From Candidatus Saccharimonadota bacterium (GTDB taxonomy: Bacteria; Patescibacteriota; Patescibacteriia; 2-12-FULL-60-25): DNA of 32,000 nt. Within the stretch, counting starts at the first letter, position 1, and every line of letters starts with the position of its first letter. The stretch covers positions 600,001 to 632,000 of the forward strand of contig OY970357.1 of NCBI GenBank assembly GCA_963718585.1, in the 5' to 3' direction. The notes beneath the pieces are model-generated. The model ran no database searches and had not been told where the DNA came from. It worked only from the letters and a program-made list of their open reading frames with translations. Of the stretch, positions 22,334-30,498 are shown one piece after another. Made by a program: the position numbers and the translations under genes.

Positions 22334-22954
22334 TCACTGATCGAACTTCAGGTAGATCTTCACATCCGGATCCGCCATACGCTGCCCCACCGCGCTTTCC
22401 ATCATGACATATTGCTCCTGCGTGTCGGTCGAATACGTTGCCGCCACACGCTCCTGGAGGATCGCGGGACGCAGGACCTTCTGCCGGAACTGCTCCTCGG
22501 TCCAGTTGTAATTATCGTGCAGGTATTGGCCGACATCCGGGATCGTCGAGCTATTGGCCGCAATGATGGCGGCAAAATCTGTCCGCACATCGTCATCTGA
22601 GACGGTCACGTTACGTTGATCCGCCATATCCGCGACCGCAATGTCACGAAGAAGACTTTGCAGCCCCTGCTTTTCAACATCCGGGGTCAACGGCTGCGCC
22701 GAACCCGCCTGCTTGGCTGCATCCGAATTCAAGAACACCTTCAACGTATCGCGCATGTCCAAGAAATCTCCGTACGTCACCGTATGGGTCCCGATCTTCG
22801 CGGCTGGGAGCCAGGACCCGACCTGACGGACGATCGGATTATCACTTCGTTGGACATACACGGCGAACAGGATCCACGCGGCAGCACCGATGATGACGAT
22901 GAACGCGACCAGACCGATGAGGATGGCGCGCATCCGATTGATTTTCAGCTTCAT
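22334..22954 (-). CDS. Membrane-anchored SurA-N-terminal-like chaperone domain protein
   Basis: N-terminal TM segment (AILIGLVAFIVIIGAAAWILFAV) followed by a helical domain resembling the SurA N-terminal/PpiD-like region. ATGA overlap with the upstream gene. The assignment is tentative. Confidence 0.5.
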   Translation of the reverse strand: MKLKINRMRAILIGLVAFIVIIGAAAWILFAVYVQRSDNPIVRQVGSWLPAAKIGTHTVTYGDFLDMRDTLKVFLNSDAAKQAGSAQPLTPDVEKQGLQSLLRDIAVADMADQRNVTVSDDDVRTDFAAIIAANSSTIPDVGQYLHDNYNWTEEQFRQKVLRPAILQERVAATYSTDTQEQYVMMESAVGQRMADPDVKIYLKFDQ

Positions 22955-23394
22955 AATGAGGATGTAGTTTCAGGTTGAGATGCAGAGAAAAAATAGTCCC
23001 ACCAAAGTTCCGGGTTCGGGGTCGTGAGCCGTTCGCTTGGGATATCCGCGAACGCGGTGATGTCTTTCGGTGCGCTTGTCGGCGCCTCCCAACCCGAAAG
23101 GACAATGACACGTTCGTCGGGTTTTTTCCACCCGAGCCGTTCCCGCGCTTCCACGTCAAGCGTGTCTGTCGCGGTCAGTGATTGGGTCAGCTCCATGAGT
23201 TTGGACTTCCGTCCCTCCAGGGCCGTAGCCTGCTGATCAAGGGCGTGGATCTCCCGGTCCACGGTCCACCCCTTGTACGTCTCACGAACCGTTGAGACGC
23301 CGATGAGCAGCAAGATCGCGATGTTCGCCGCGAGAAAGACCGGCCAATGGATGACCGTCTTCCACTTTGGCGGCTCAGACTTCCCTCGTCTCAT
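22951..23394 (-). CDS. Septum-formation initiator family protein (FtsB/DivIC-like)
   Basis: Short cytoplasmic tail, one TM segment (VFLAANIAILLLIGV), a coiled coil (IHALDQQATALEGRKSKLMELTQSL) and ARERLGW. The start is set to ATG 23394, which forms an ATGA overlap with the upstream stop. Confidence 0.6.
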   Translation of the reverse strand: MRRGKSEPPKWKTVIHWPVFLAANIAILLLIGVSTVRETYKGWTVDREIHALDQQATALEGRKSKLMELTQSLTATDTLDVEARERLGWKKPDERVIVLSGWEAPTSAPKDITAFADIPSERLTTPNPELWWDYFFSASQPETTSSL

Positions 23395-24071
23395 ACATTT
23401 CGATGGGATGTCCATCCCTCGGGCGGTTCGGCGGTCTTGAGAAAGGATTCCGTCGCGTCACTCTTGGCGCGTGCTTTGAGGATGGACTCGATGCGCCCCA
23501 ACTCCTCTACGGAGAACCCTTCCAAAAGTTTTGTGATCCGCCGAAGGGCTTCTTGACGCTCCGGCGCGAGATCGGTCCGCTTCGGTGTCGTCGCATGCCG
23601 AAGATCGTTGATCGCTTCGCCGACGAGCTCCGGCTTCGGGATCCGTCGCGCTTCGATCGTGACGCGTTCGGCCGCCACGCGAAGCGTCCCCATGCCAAAG
23701 ACCGTTTCCGCGATCCCATGTCGACGCCAGGAAACGTCCTGGATCGAGGCGACGGGCGCCTCGCTCACGATACGGGAAAAGACCCCTTTTTGGTCCACAT
23801 CCACGATCCGCGTCGTTGTCACGATCAGCACATCCGCATCCCAGATGATGAACGTTCGGATCGCCACCACGACGCCGATGATGACGGACGCGAGGAAAGC
23901 GATGACACCTGGGATCCCCCAGGCGAACAACGGGAATAACAGGAAGAACGGGATGACGATGAGCAAAAATGCCCCGAACAGCCCCGGGAACAATGTGATC
24001 GCGTGGCGCCGGGAAATGAGTTTGACGTCTTCTGCGTCCTTGAGCTGAAGGACGTCCTCAAGCTTTAACAT
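23391..24071 (-). CDS. Membrane protein with bacterial PH (bPH_2/YdbT-like) domain
   Basis: Two TM helices, then IVTTTRIVDVDQKGVFSRIVSEAPVASIQDVSWRRHGIAETVFGMGTLRV. TAATCT lies 7 nt upstream of the ATG. Confidence 0.55.
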   Translation of the reverse strand: MLKLEDVLQLKDAEDVKLISRRHAITLFPGLFGAFLLIVIPFFLLFPLFAWGIPGVIAFLASVIIGVVVAIRTFIIWDADVLIVTTTRIVDVDQKGVFSRIVSEAPVASIQDVSWRRHGIAETVFGMGTLRVAAERVTIEARRIPKPELVGEAINDLRHATTPKRTDLAPERQEALRRITKLLEGFSVEELGRIESILKARAKSDATESFLKTAEPPEGWTSHRNV

Positions 24072-24078
24072 GGCCTCT

Positions 24079-24084
24079 AGATTA
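24079..24084 (-). promoter_or_regulatory. -10 TAATCT, 7 nt upstream of ATG 24071
   Basis: TAATCT agaggcc ATG on the minus strand, immediately after the murE terminator. Confidence 0.35.
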
Positions 24085-24088
24085 GCGG

Positions 24089-24123
24089 AAAAAACGGACC
24101 CGCGCCAGACCGCGGATGGCGCG
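24089..24123 (-). terminator. Terminator after murE
   Basis: On the minus strand: CGCGCCA tccgcggtc TGGCGCG, then ggtccg TTTTTT. Confidence 0.5.
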
Positions 24124-24130
24124 CGATGAA

Positions 24131-25441
24131 TTACGTTCGTCCAAGACGCATCAGCGCCTCCCGTGCGATCTTCCGATCGTCGCTCGGGATCTTCGTCCCG
24201 TTCGGGCCGGCGATGACCGGCTCATTCCCCTTTCCCGTGAGGAGAACGATATCCCCAGGCCGCGCGAGTTCGATCGCTTTTTGGATCGCTTCGTGACGAT
24301 CGAGGATGCGGAACAATGTCTCCCCGTCCCGTTTGCCGGCCGCTGCGGCGGCATTCGCCACATCATTGATGATGGTCATGGGATCATCGTCGTACGGATC
24401 CTCATTCGCCACGATGGTGATATCCGCTCGTTCTGCAGACAGACGCCCGATAACGGCGCGACGTGCGACGTCCCGTCCGCCGCCGGCCGAACCGGTCAGA
24501 TGGATGATCTGTCCATCGCCCTTGTATCGATCAGCGACATCGAACAATTTCCCAAGCGCAGCAGGCTCATACGCGTAATCCACGATGACCATGAATGGCT
24601 GCCCCTCATCGATCCGTTCATAGCGTCCCGGCATCCCCGGAACCAACGCGATCTTTTGCAGCACCGCATCCAACGGAAGACCGAGAGATGTCGCGGTTGC
24701 GATCGCGGCCATCGCATTCTCCACATTGATCTGCCCCGGCAGATCTACGGATCCCCGGTGCCCATCGACCATGAACGACGTTTTCCATCCTTCGTTCTTC
24801 AGATCCGTCGCGTTCAGACCTTCCCCCATACCGATCCCATACCAGACCACATGGTCGAGTCCGGGGACGACAAAGTCCTTGGCGTGTTCACTCATCCGAT
24901 CAAGCACGGCGGTTTTCTCGATCCGGACACCATCCCGCGTCTTTCGCATCGAACGTGCAAGATGCCGAAAGAGCTCGATCTTCGCCTGCTTATACTTCTC
25001 AAACCCGCCATGCGCCTCGATGTGCTCCGGTGTCAGATTCGTGAAGATGCACAGATCGTAATTGATATGACGATGACGGTCCTGAACGATCCCCTGCGAT
25101 GACGTCTCAACGACCGCATATCGACACCCGGCCTTCACCATATCCGCCAAAAGCTTTTGCAGCTGGAACCGTCCGAGCATGGTCATCTTCGAGGCGTTCG
25201 TCCATTCCCGATCCCCGATCTTGAAGAGTGCTGTCGTGCTACACCCGGTCTTCGCCCCCGTCGCTTCGAGCGCCTTGGCCGTGAGATACGACGTCGTAGA
25301 TTTGCCGTTTGTCCCGGTCACGCCCACGACGATGAGCTTTTCCGATGGCCAGCCATACCGGGCCGCCGCGAGCCACGAGAGCACACGATGATACGCCCGA
25401 AATACGGGCGCAGGGACGATCTTCCGGATGGCGTTCAACAT
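24131..25441 (-). CDS. murE: UDP-N-acetylmuramoyl-L-alanyl-D-glutamate--diamino acid ligase (MurE)
   Basis: Mur ligase P-loop VGVTGTNGKSTT, then NLTPEHIEAHG and the C-terminal LTGKGNE region. 436 aa. The position of the mDAP-specific DNPR motif reads NEDPY. Confidence 0.85.
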   Translation of the reverse strand: MLNAIRKIVPAPVFRAYHRVLSWLAAARYGWPSEKLIVVGVTGTNGKSTTSYLTAKALEATGAKTGCSTTALFKIGDREWTNASKMTMLGRFQLQKLLADMVKAGCRYAVVETSSQGIVQDRHRHINYDLCIFTNLTPEHIEAHGGFEKYKQAKIELFRHLARSMRKTRDGVRIEKTAVLDRMSEHAKDFVVPGLDHVVWYGIGMGEGLNATDLKNEGWKTSFMVDGHRGSVDLPGQINVENAMAAIATATSLGLPLDAVLQKIALVPGMPGRYERIDEGQPFMVIVDYAYEPAALGKLFDVADRYKGDGQIIHLTGSAGGGRDVARRAVIGRLSAERADITIVANEDPYDDDPMTIINDVANAAAAAGKRDGETLFRILDRHEAIQKAIELARPGDIVLLTGKGNEPVIAGPNGTKIPSDDRKIAREALMRLGRT

Positions 25442-25448
25442 GAGGCCG

Positions 25449-25454
25449 AGTGTA
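25449..25454 (-). promoter_or_regulatory. -10 TACACT, 7 nt upstream of the murE ATG 25441
   Basis: TACACT cggcctc ATG on the minus strand. Confidence 0.35.
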
Positions 25455-25493
25455 GGTGGTTTTGAGAAAAATGTCGAAAAGAAGGGTATGTTC

Positions 25494-25522
25494 TTGCCAC
25501 GTAGCTCTAAGCCGGGTAGGGT
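25494..25522 (+). promoter_or_regulatory. Possible promoter TTGCCA-17-TAGGGT for the DHOD-like gene
   Basis: Hexamers read directly. AAGGA lies about 7 nt upstream of ATG 25553. Confidence 0.3.
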
Positions 25523-25552
25523 CGGCGGGCACCTTCCACAGAAAGGAATCCG

Positions 25553-26554
25553 ATGCCTGGTCTGTCCCTGCGACTGGGGACGGCGACGTTCCCTTCAGTC
25601 ATGTGCGCCTCCGGTGCCATGGGCTTTTTCGGTGAGGGCTATCCATTCCACGAAAAGCTCGGACCGTTCAAGCCGGATTTTTCCGGCATCATGCTGGTCA
25701 GCAAGACCGCGACCTTCCGCCCTCGGCTCGGACCGGATCGCGGAGGCGGGAACATGCCGCTCAAAACGGATGGCCTGACACCGACCGAACTCAAGCCCGC
25801 GTGCATCCACGTCACCCCACGCATGTGGCTCGGTGGATACGCGCTGAACGCGGTCGGATTGAGCAATCCCGGGATCCGGGCCCTCCTATTTGAAGGCCAC
25901 TGGCAGAAACGCACCGACCCGACGATCATCTCCGTGATGTGCGTCGGCGGATCGAGTGATGAACGGATGTTCGAAATGCGTGGGATCGCCGCCGCCCTCG
26001 AACGAGTGCTTCCGGAATTTTCCGCGCCCGTCGCCATTGAACTCAACGTCTCCTGCTCGAACACAGGACGTGATCCGGAAGACGACGTCCGCAGTGCGGA
26101 ACAACTTCTGAACATCGCGAACCGTCTCCGGCGTCCCGTCCTCGTCAAAGTGGATCTGCTTGCACCGGACGACATGCTCTTCAGCATCGCACGCCATCCG
26201 ACATGCAGTGGCATTACCATGAGTAACGCCATCCCATGGCGGTCACTCCCAGATCGGATCGACTGGAAGAAGCTCTTCGGAACTGACGCCTCTCCGCTTG
26301 CCCACTTGAGCGGTGGGGCTCTCTCCGGCGCACCGCTCCTTCCCCTTGTCCTTGAACGGATCCTTCGTCTCAAAGACGCCGGTTTTACCAAACCGATCGT
26401 GGCCTGCGGCGGCATCCTCTCCCCGGAAGATGCCCGCGTCCTGATAAAAGTCGCGCGCGTGGACGCGATCCAGATCGGATCTGCCGCCTTCCTCCGCCCG
26501 TGGCGGATCCAAAAGATCGCCCGTGCCGCACACGATGCGTTCTGCGATCGCTAG
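25553..26554 (+). CDS. Dihydroorotate dehydrogenase-family TIM-barrel flavoprotein (divergent)
   Basis: NAVGLSNPG, IELNVSCSNTG, GGALSGAPLLP and IVACGGILSPEDA...IQIGSA match the class-1 DHOD/DHPD-like scaffold. The N-terminal region is atypical. Confidence 0.65.
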   Translation: MPGLSLRLGTATFPSVMCASGAMGFFGEGYPFHEKLGPFKPDFSGIMLVSKTATFRPRLGPDRGGGNMPLKTDGLTPTELKPACIHVTPRMWLGGYALNAVGLSNPGIRALLFEGHWQKRTDPTIISVMCVGGSSDERMFEMRGIAAALERVLPEFSAPVAIELNVSCSNTGRDPEDDVRSAEQLLNIANRLRRPVLVKVDLLAPDDMLFSIARHPTCSGITMSNAIPWRSLPDRIDWKKLFGTDASPLAHLSGGALSGAPLLPLVLERILRLKDAGFTKPIVACGGILSPEDARVLIKVARVDAIQIGSAAFLRPWRIQKIARAAHDAFCDR

Positions 26555-26558
26555 ATCT

Positions 26559-26587
26559 CCCGCCGTTCATCAACGGCGGTTTTTTTT
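26559..26587. terminator. Terminator between convergent DHOD-like and CDP-alcohol transferase genes
   Basis: CCGCCGTT catc AACGGCGG followed by TTTTTTTT. Confidence 0.7.
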
Positions 26588-27170
26588 ATAACCCGTACGT
26601 GTACAACGACACGAGTGCGAACATGATGGCGAGCGACAACGTCCCAATGGATACGGGGACAAAGAGGTCGATCCCGGACCACCGCGCGATCAAAAGTGCG
26701 GTGACCCCCGTGCATTGCAGGAACATCTTCGCCTTTCCTGCCCAATTCGCACTGATGTATTCCCCACGCTTCTTCCGGCGATAGACGGCCGTGATGACGA
26801 TGGCGACCTCGATGAACAGGATCACGCCGGCGAATACTGGATTGATCTCATGCGCCACGAACAAGAAGACCATGGAACCGATCAGAAGCTTGTCGGCGAT
26901 CGGATCCGCGATCGTCCCCCAAAGTGTGATCAGCTTTCGCGTCCGGGCCAAGGACCCATCAAGGACATCCGTAAATGCCGCGACGAGGAACAGAGGGACG
27001 ACAACGACCCACTGACGCTCCCAGAGGTAATACAAGATGAACGGCGTCATGAGGACCCGCAGGATCGTGAGGTGATTCGGCTTCACGTCGTGGGGAATGA
27101 GCCGAAGGATCGTCCGCGCTAAAAATCGGTCATGAGGATAGACCCGGACATTCTCATTGGTCATGAACAT
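26586..27170 (-). CDS. CDP-alcohol phosphatidyltransferase family protein
   Basis: Exact D-G-x2-A-R-x8-G-x3-D-x3-D motif (DVLDGSLARTRKLITLWGTIADPIADK). About 6 TM segments. Confidence 0.85.
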   Translation of the reverse strand: MFMTNENVRVYPHDRFLARTILRLIPHDVKPNHLTILRVLMTPFILYYLWERQWVVVVPLFLVAAFTDVLDGSLARTRKLITLWGTIADPIADKLLIGSMVFLFVAHEINPVFAGVILFIEVAIVITAVYRRKKRGEYISANWAGKAKMFLQCTGVTALLIARWSGIDLFVPVSIGTLSLAIMFALVSLYTYGL

Positions 27171-27174
27171 ACGA

Positions 27175-27312
27175 TCAGAAGCTAGAAGCTAGAAGTTAGA
27201 AGCAAGAAGTGAGGGATATGGTGCGACCTATGTGTGACCACTCTCCTGGAGTCTAGTTCCTGAACTCTTTGTACCCATTCTAGATTCCAGATCCTAGCTT
27301 CTCGATTCCAAC
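27175..27312. repeat. Inverted arrays of a degenerate heptamer, locus C
   Basis: The left arm is TCAGAAG CTAGAAG CTAGAAG TTAGAAG CAAGAAG TGAGGGA. A spacer of about 61 nt follows. The right arm is TTCTAGA TTCCAGA TCCTAGC TTCTCGA TTCCAAC. Confidence 0.75.
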
Positions 27313-27337
27313 CCCCATGCTACCATAGCCCCTACAC

Positions 27338-29485
27338 ATGAGCGACCGCCTCAAAGACCTTCTCGCAAGCCTGGTGATCATCCTGGTATTCATCGCATCT
27401 CGGATCGGGGTCATCCCAGGTGATGTCTTTTTCCGTTTTGCCGCGCTTTTCGCCTTGATCTTTCACGCGCAGATCCTTGGCCGGCGTCTCCTCCGGACCG
27501 GCGGTTGGGCCTCACAGACCTCCTACGGCGCCCTGGTGTTCCTCGCGATCCAATCACTGGCCCAGACGGCTTGGTTCTATTCTGGAAGACCCCTGGGGAC
27601 GACGAGCGATCTCTGGACCATGACTGCGGCCATGGTCATCGCCGACCTTATCGCGCTTATCGGCTCATCCGAACCGCACCAGGACAAAGCGACGACATGG
27701 GATCTTCGCAAAGGTCTTCTGGCGACGCTCCTCGCCGGCGCAGGCATCGCGGCCCTGGCGTTCGTCCTCCTCGGCGCATTTCGTGGTTCGACCGCGGTAA
27801 GCATCCGGACTCCATGGCCACTCCTCCTGCCCGGCACCCTCACCGCGATCGCACTCATCTGGATCACCTCAGCGCTCACCGGATGGCTTACGCGCTCTGC
27901 CGCTCTGGCCGCGACGCTCGCCGGCGTCGGGATCGGAGCCACGACGGCCATTGCCCCGCTTCTCTATCGTATTGGCTACGGATTTGATGGCTTCCTCCAC
28001 ATCGCAAGCGAACGGATCATCATGGCAACCGGCACGCTCTCTCCGCGTCCGTTGTATTACATCGGGCAATACGTCTTCACGACGTGGTTCGCCCGCAACG
28101 CCGGCCTCCCCATCGAAGCGGTCGACCGCTGGCTCGTTCCGATCGCCGCCGCGTTCCTCATTCCATTCGCCCTGTACGTGGCCCGGCGTGAGAGCGAAAC
28201 CGCCCTCCTCCCCTTCATCCTCTTCCTTGTTCCGCTCGCACCGTTTGTCGCAACGACGCCTCAGGCCTTGGCGTACCTCCTGGGACTCGCCGCGCTCCTC
28301 CTCTGCCGCGGATTGCATACCGATCGTGTCTCCGCGCTTGGACCATTCATCCTCGCTGCGTGGAGTGCAGCCATCCACCCGCTCGCCGGCGTTCCCTTTC
28401 TCTTCATCGTCTTCGCGCTCTGGAGCGCCACCGAATGGCAAAACACCGCGGTTCGTCGGATCATGCGAGGTTTCGCCATCGCTGCGGCCGTCGGTGCTGC
28501 GGCCGCAGTTCCGGCCCTCTTCGCCATCCTCTCCCGATCCGGCACGGACATCCGCTGGGATCCTGCTCTGCTCTTCCATCCAGACCCCTGGCTGTCACTC
28601 GCCGGTCAGCTCATCCCTTGGCTTGGAAACGTCTTCGCAGTCTGGCCCGGCTGGGCATCCCTTGCCCTGCGCGCAACCCCTGCGATCCTCATCATCGCCT
28701 TGATCGTCGCCATCCGTCAGTCGCGCGGTGTCGACCGGTGGCGCGCGTCCCTTCTCCTCGGCGCAGCCGGCGGCCTTCTCCTCTCCAGCGCGGCGCTCAA
28801 ATCCGCCGGTGATTTTGCATTCCTCATCGATTATGAGCGCGGAAACTATGCGGACCGCCTCATCCTCCTCGCGATCCTCTGTCTCATCCCGTTCACGATC
28901 GATCCGATCGCGCGTCTTTTGGAAAAAGCCCGCACCCGTCCGCTGATCACGATCGCGCTCCTCGCGACCTGTGGCGCATTCGCCGCGGGACAATCCTACG
29001 CCGCGCTCCCCCGCTATGACGCGGTCGAAGCCGGACACGGATGGAGCGTTGGTCAAGCGGACATCGACGCGGTCAGAGCCATTGATCACGATGCCGGCAC
29101 GCGGCCGTACACGGTGCTTGCCGACCAAAGCGTCTCCGCTGCCGCCGTCTCGCAGTTCGGATTCAAACGATACAATGGCGACATCTTCTTCTACCCGATC
29201 CCGACCGGAGGAAGGCTCTACGACACATTCCTCGCCATGACCTACAACGAACCGTCGCGGGATACGGCCAAAGACGCTGCGCGACTCGGCGGGACGGATC
29301 TCGTGTATGTCGTCTTGAACGATTATTGGTGGAATGCGGAACAGCTCGCAGACGAGCTCTCCGCGATCGCAGACAAGACCCTCCCCATCGGAGATGCCAC
29401 GCAGGGCTTGGGCCGAAGCGCGACCGTCTACGTCTTCGACGTCAGCACGTCTTCCAGCCGAGCGACACACCCCTCCGGATCGTGA
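27338..29485 (+). CDS. Large polytopic membrane protein (715 aa), possible GT-C-like glycosyltransferase
   Basis: About 14-16 hydrophobic segments followed by a soluble C-terminal domain of about 150 aa. It sits next to two GT4 genes. The GT-C assignment rests on architecture and context only. Confidence 0.65.
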   Translation: MSDRLKDLLASLVIILVFIASRIGVIPGDVFFRFAALFALIFHAQILGRRLLRTGGWASQTSYGALVFLAIQSLAQTAWFYSGRPLGTTSDLWTMTAAMVIADLIALIGSSEPHQDKATTWDLRKGLLATLLAGAGIAALAFVLLGAFRGSTAVSIRTPWPLLLPGTLTAIALIWITSALTGWLTRSAALAATLAGVGIGATTAIAPLLYRIGYGFDGFLHIASERIIMATGTLSPRPLYYIGQYVFTTWFARNAGLPIEAVDRWLVPIAAAFLIPFALYVARRESETALLPFILFLVPLAPFVATTPQALAYLLGLAALLLCRGLHTDRVSALGPFILAAWSAAIHPLAGVPFLFIVFALWSATEWQNTAVRRIMRGFAIAAAVGAAAAVPALFAILSRSGTDIRWDPALLFHPDPWLSLAGQLIPWLGNVFAVWPGWASLALRATPAILIIALIVAIRQSRGVDRWRASLLLGAAGGLLLSSAALKSAGDFAFLIDYERGNYADRLILLAILCLIPFTIDPIARLLEKARTRPLITIALLATCGAFAAGQSYAALPRYDAVEAGHGWSVGQADIDAVRAIDHDAGTRPYTVLADQSVSAAAVSQFGFKRYNGDIFFYPIPTGGRLYDTFLAMTYNEPSRDTAKDAARLGGTDLVYVVLNDYWWNAEQLADELSAIADKTLPIGDATQGLGRSATVYVFDVSTSSSRATHPSGS

Positions 29486-30498
29486 CGTGTGAGGACGCGG
29501 CGAGCGGCTTCCGCGTCTGAACCTTTTTCCAACGCCGCGCGGATCCCGGCTTTCAATGCGTCGACATTCTCAGGCGGCACGATCGTCCCCGCTCCATCCA
29601 GCGTCTCTTTGACGCCACCTACGTCTGCGGCGACGATCGCACACCCAGTAGCAAGCCCTTCGAGGATCACCGTCGGCTGATTCTCAAGCAGACGTGACGG
29701 AACGACCAAGACACGATGTGACCGCATGCGCTCGCGTACGGCCGCGTTCGACAAAGCACCTTCCAGATGGATCGTCGGATCCCCGATCGCGGCGATCTTC
29801 GTACGCAGAGAACCGTCACCGATCAACGTGAGCCGCTTTGCGCGATCACGAAGCGCAGGCCACGCATCGATAAGCAGGTCCACGCCCTTATCCGGATCAA
29901 GCCGACCGGCATAGATGATCCCGTCTGCCGCAGATGTCTGCGGACTCGACCCTGCAGAGATCGGATTCGGGATGACGCTCGCGGATGCACCCGCAAAAAG
30001 ACCGAACGCCCGGTGCGCATCCAAGAGCCATGCTGTCGGCGACACGACCGCATGTGGAGTCCCCATGGAAACGGACCGCACCGCACTCCATGACGACCGC
30101 CAGACGGTCCGAAGATCTCTGGAGCGACCGTCCCACAGAATGCGTCCGGACGGTTCGAAGATCTGAACATCGTGAAGCATGTGCACCCATCGGACCGAGG
30201 AGGCGATCTGATGCGGCGTATGAAACCCGCATCCGGTGAGATTATGGGAGAGCAGGACGTCCGGCCGCCAATCGCGGATCTCACGGACGGTCTCGTTGCG
30301 CGCGCCAAGATCACACATGTGGAACCAGAGGCGACGGAGCGCGCCCATCTGACCAAGACGCACAAATTGCGGTCCCGGCCCCCAGACGCGGATCTCGTGG
30401 CCCCGGCTGCGGAGGAGATCCGCATACATCCCCGCGATCACGCCCGCACCGCCGCGCGATTCCGGCGGAAACGCATTGGTCAGGATGGCGATGCGCAT
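29428..30498 (-). CDS. Glycosyltransferase family 4 (GT-B)
   Basis: MRIAILTNAFPPESRGGAGV N-terminus and a C-terminal VVPSRLLENQPTVILEGLATGCAIVAADVGG (E-x7-E-like) region. Confidence 0.8.
   Translation of the reverse strand: MRIAILTNAFPPESRGGAGVIAGMYADLLRSRGHEIRVWGPGPQFVRLGQMGALRRLWFHMCDLGARNETVREIRDWRPDVLLSHNLTGCGFHTPHQIASSVRWVHMLHDVQIFEPSGRILWDGRSRDLRTVWRSSWSAVRSVSMGTPHAVVSPTAWLLDAHRAFGLFAGASASVIPNPISAGSSPQTSAADGIIYAGRLDPDKGVDLLIDAWPALRDRAKRLTLIGDGSLRTKIAAIGDPTIHLEGALSNAAVRERMRSHRVLVVPSRLLENQPTVILEGLATGCAIVAADVGGVKETLDGAGTIVPPENVDALKAGIRAALEKGSDAEAARRVLTRHDPEGCVARLEDVLTSKT

Noticed and set aside
24116-25102. 328-aa ORF antisense to murE
   Set aside because: It is a shadow ORF. The murE assignment on the minus strand is unambiguous.
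25639-26415. 258-aa ORF antisense to the DHOD-like gene
   Set aside because: It is a shadow ORF, Arg/Ser/Pro-rich, with no motifs.
27869-29470. Two long minus-strand ORFs (236 and 291 aa) inside the 715-aa membrane protein gene
   Set aside because: Their acidic/Arg-rich translations are typical of the antisense strand of a hydrophobic, GC-rich gene. The plus-strand ORF gives a coherent multi-TM protein.
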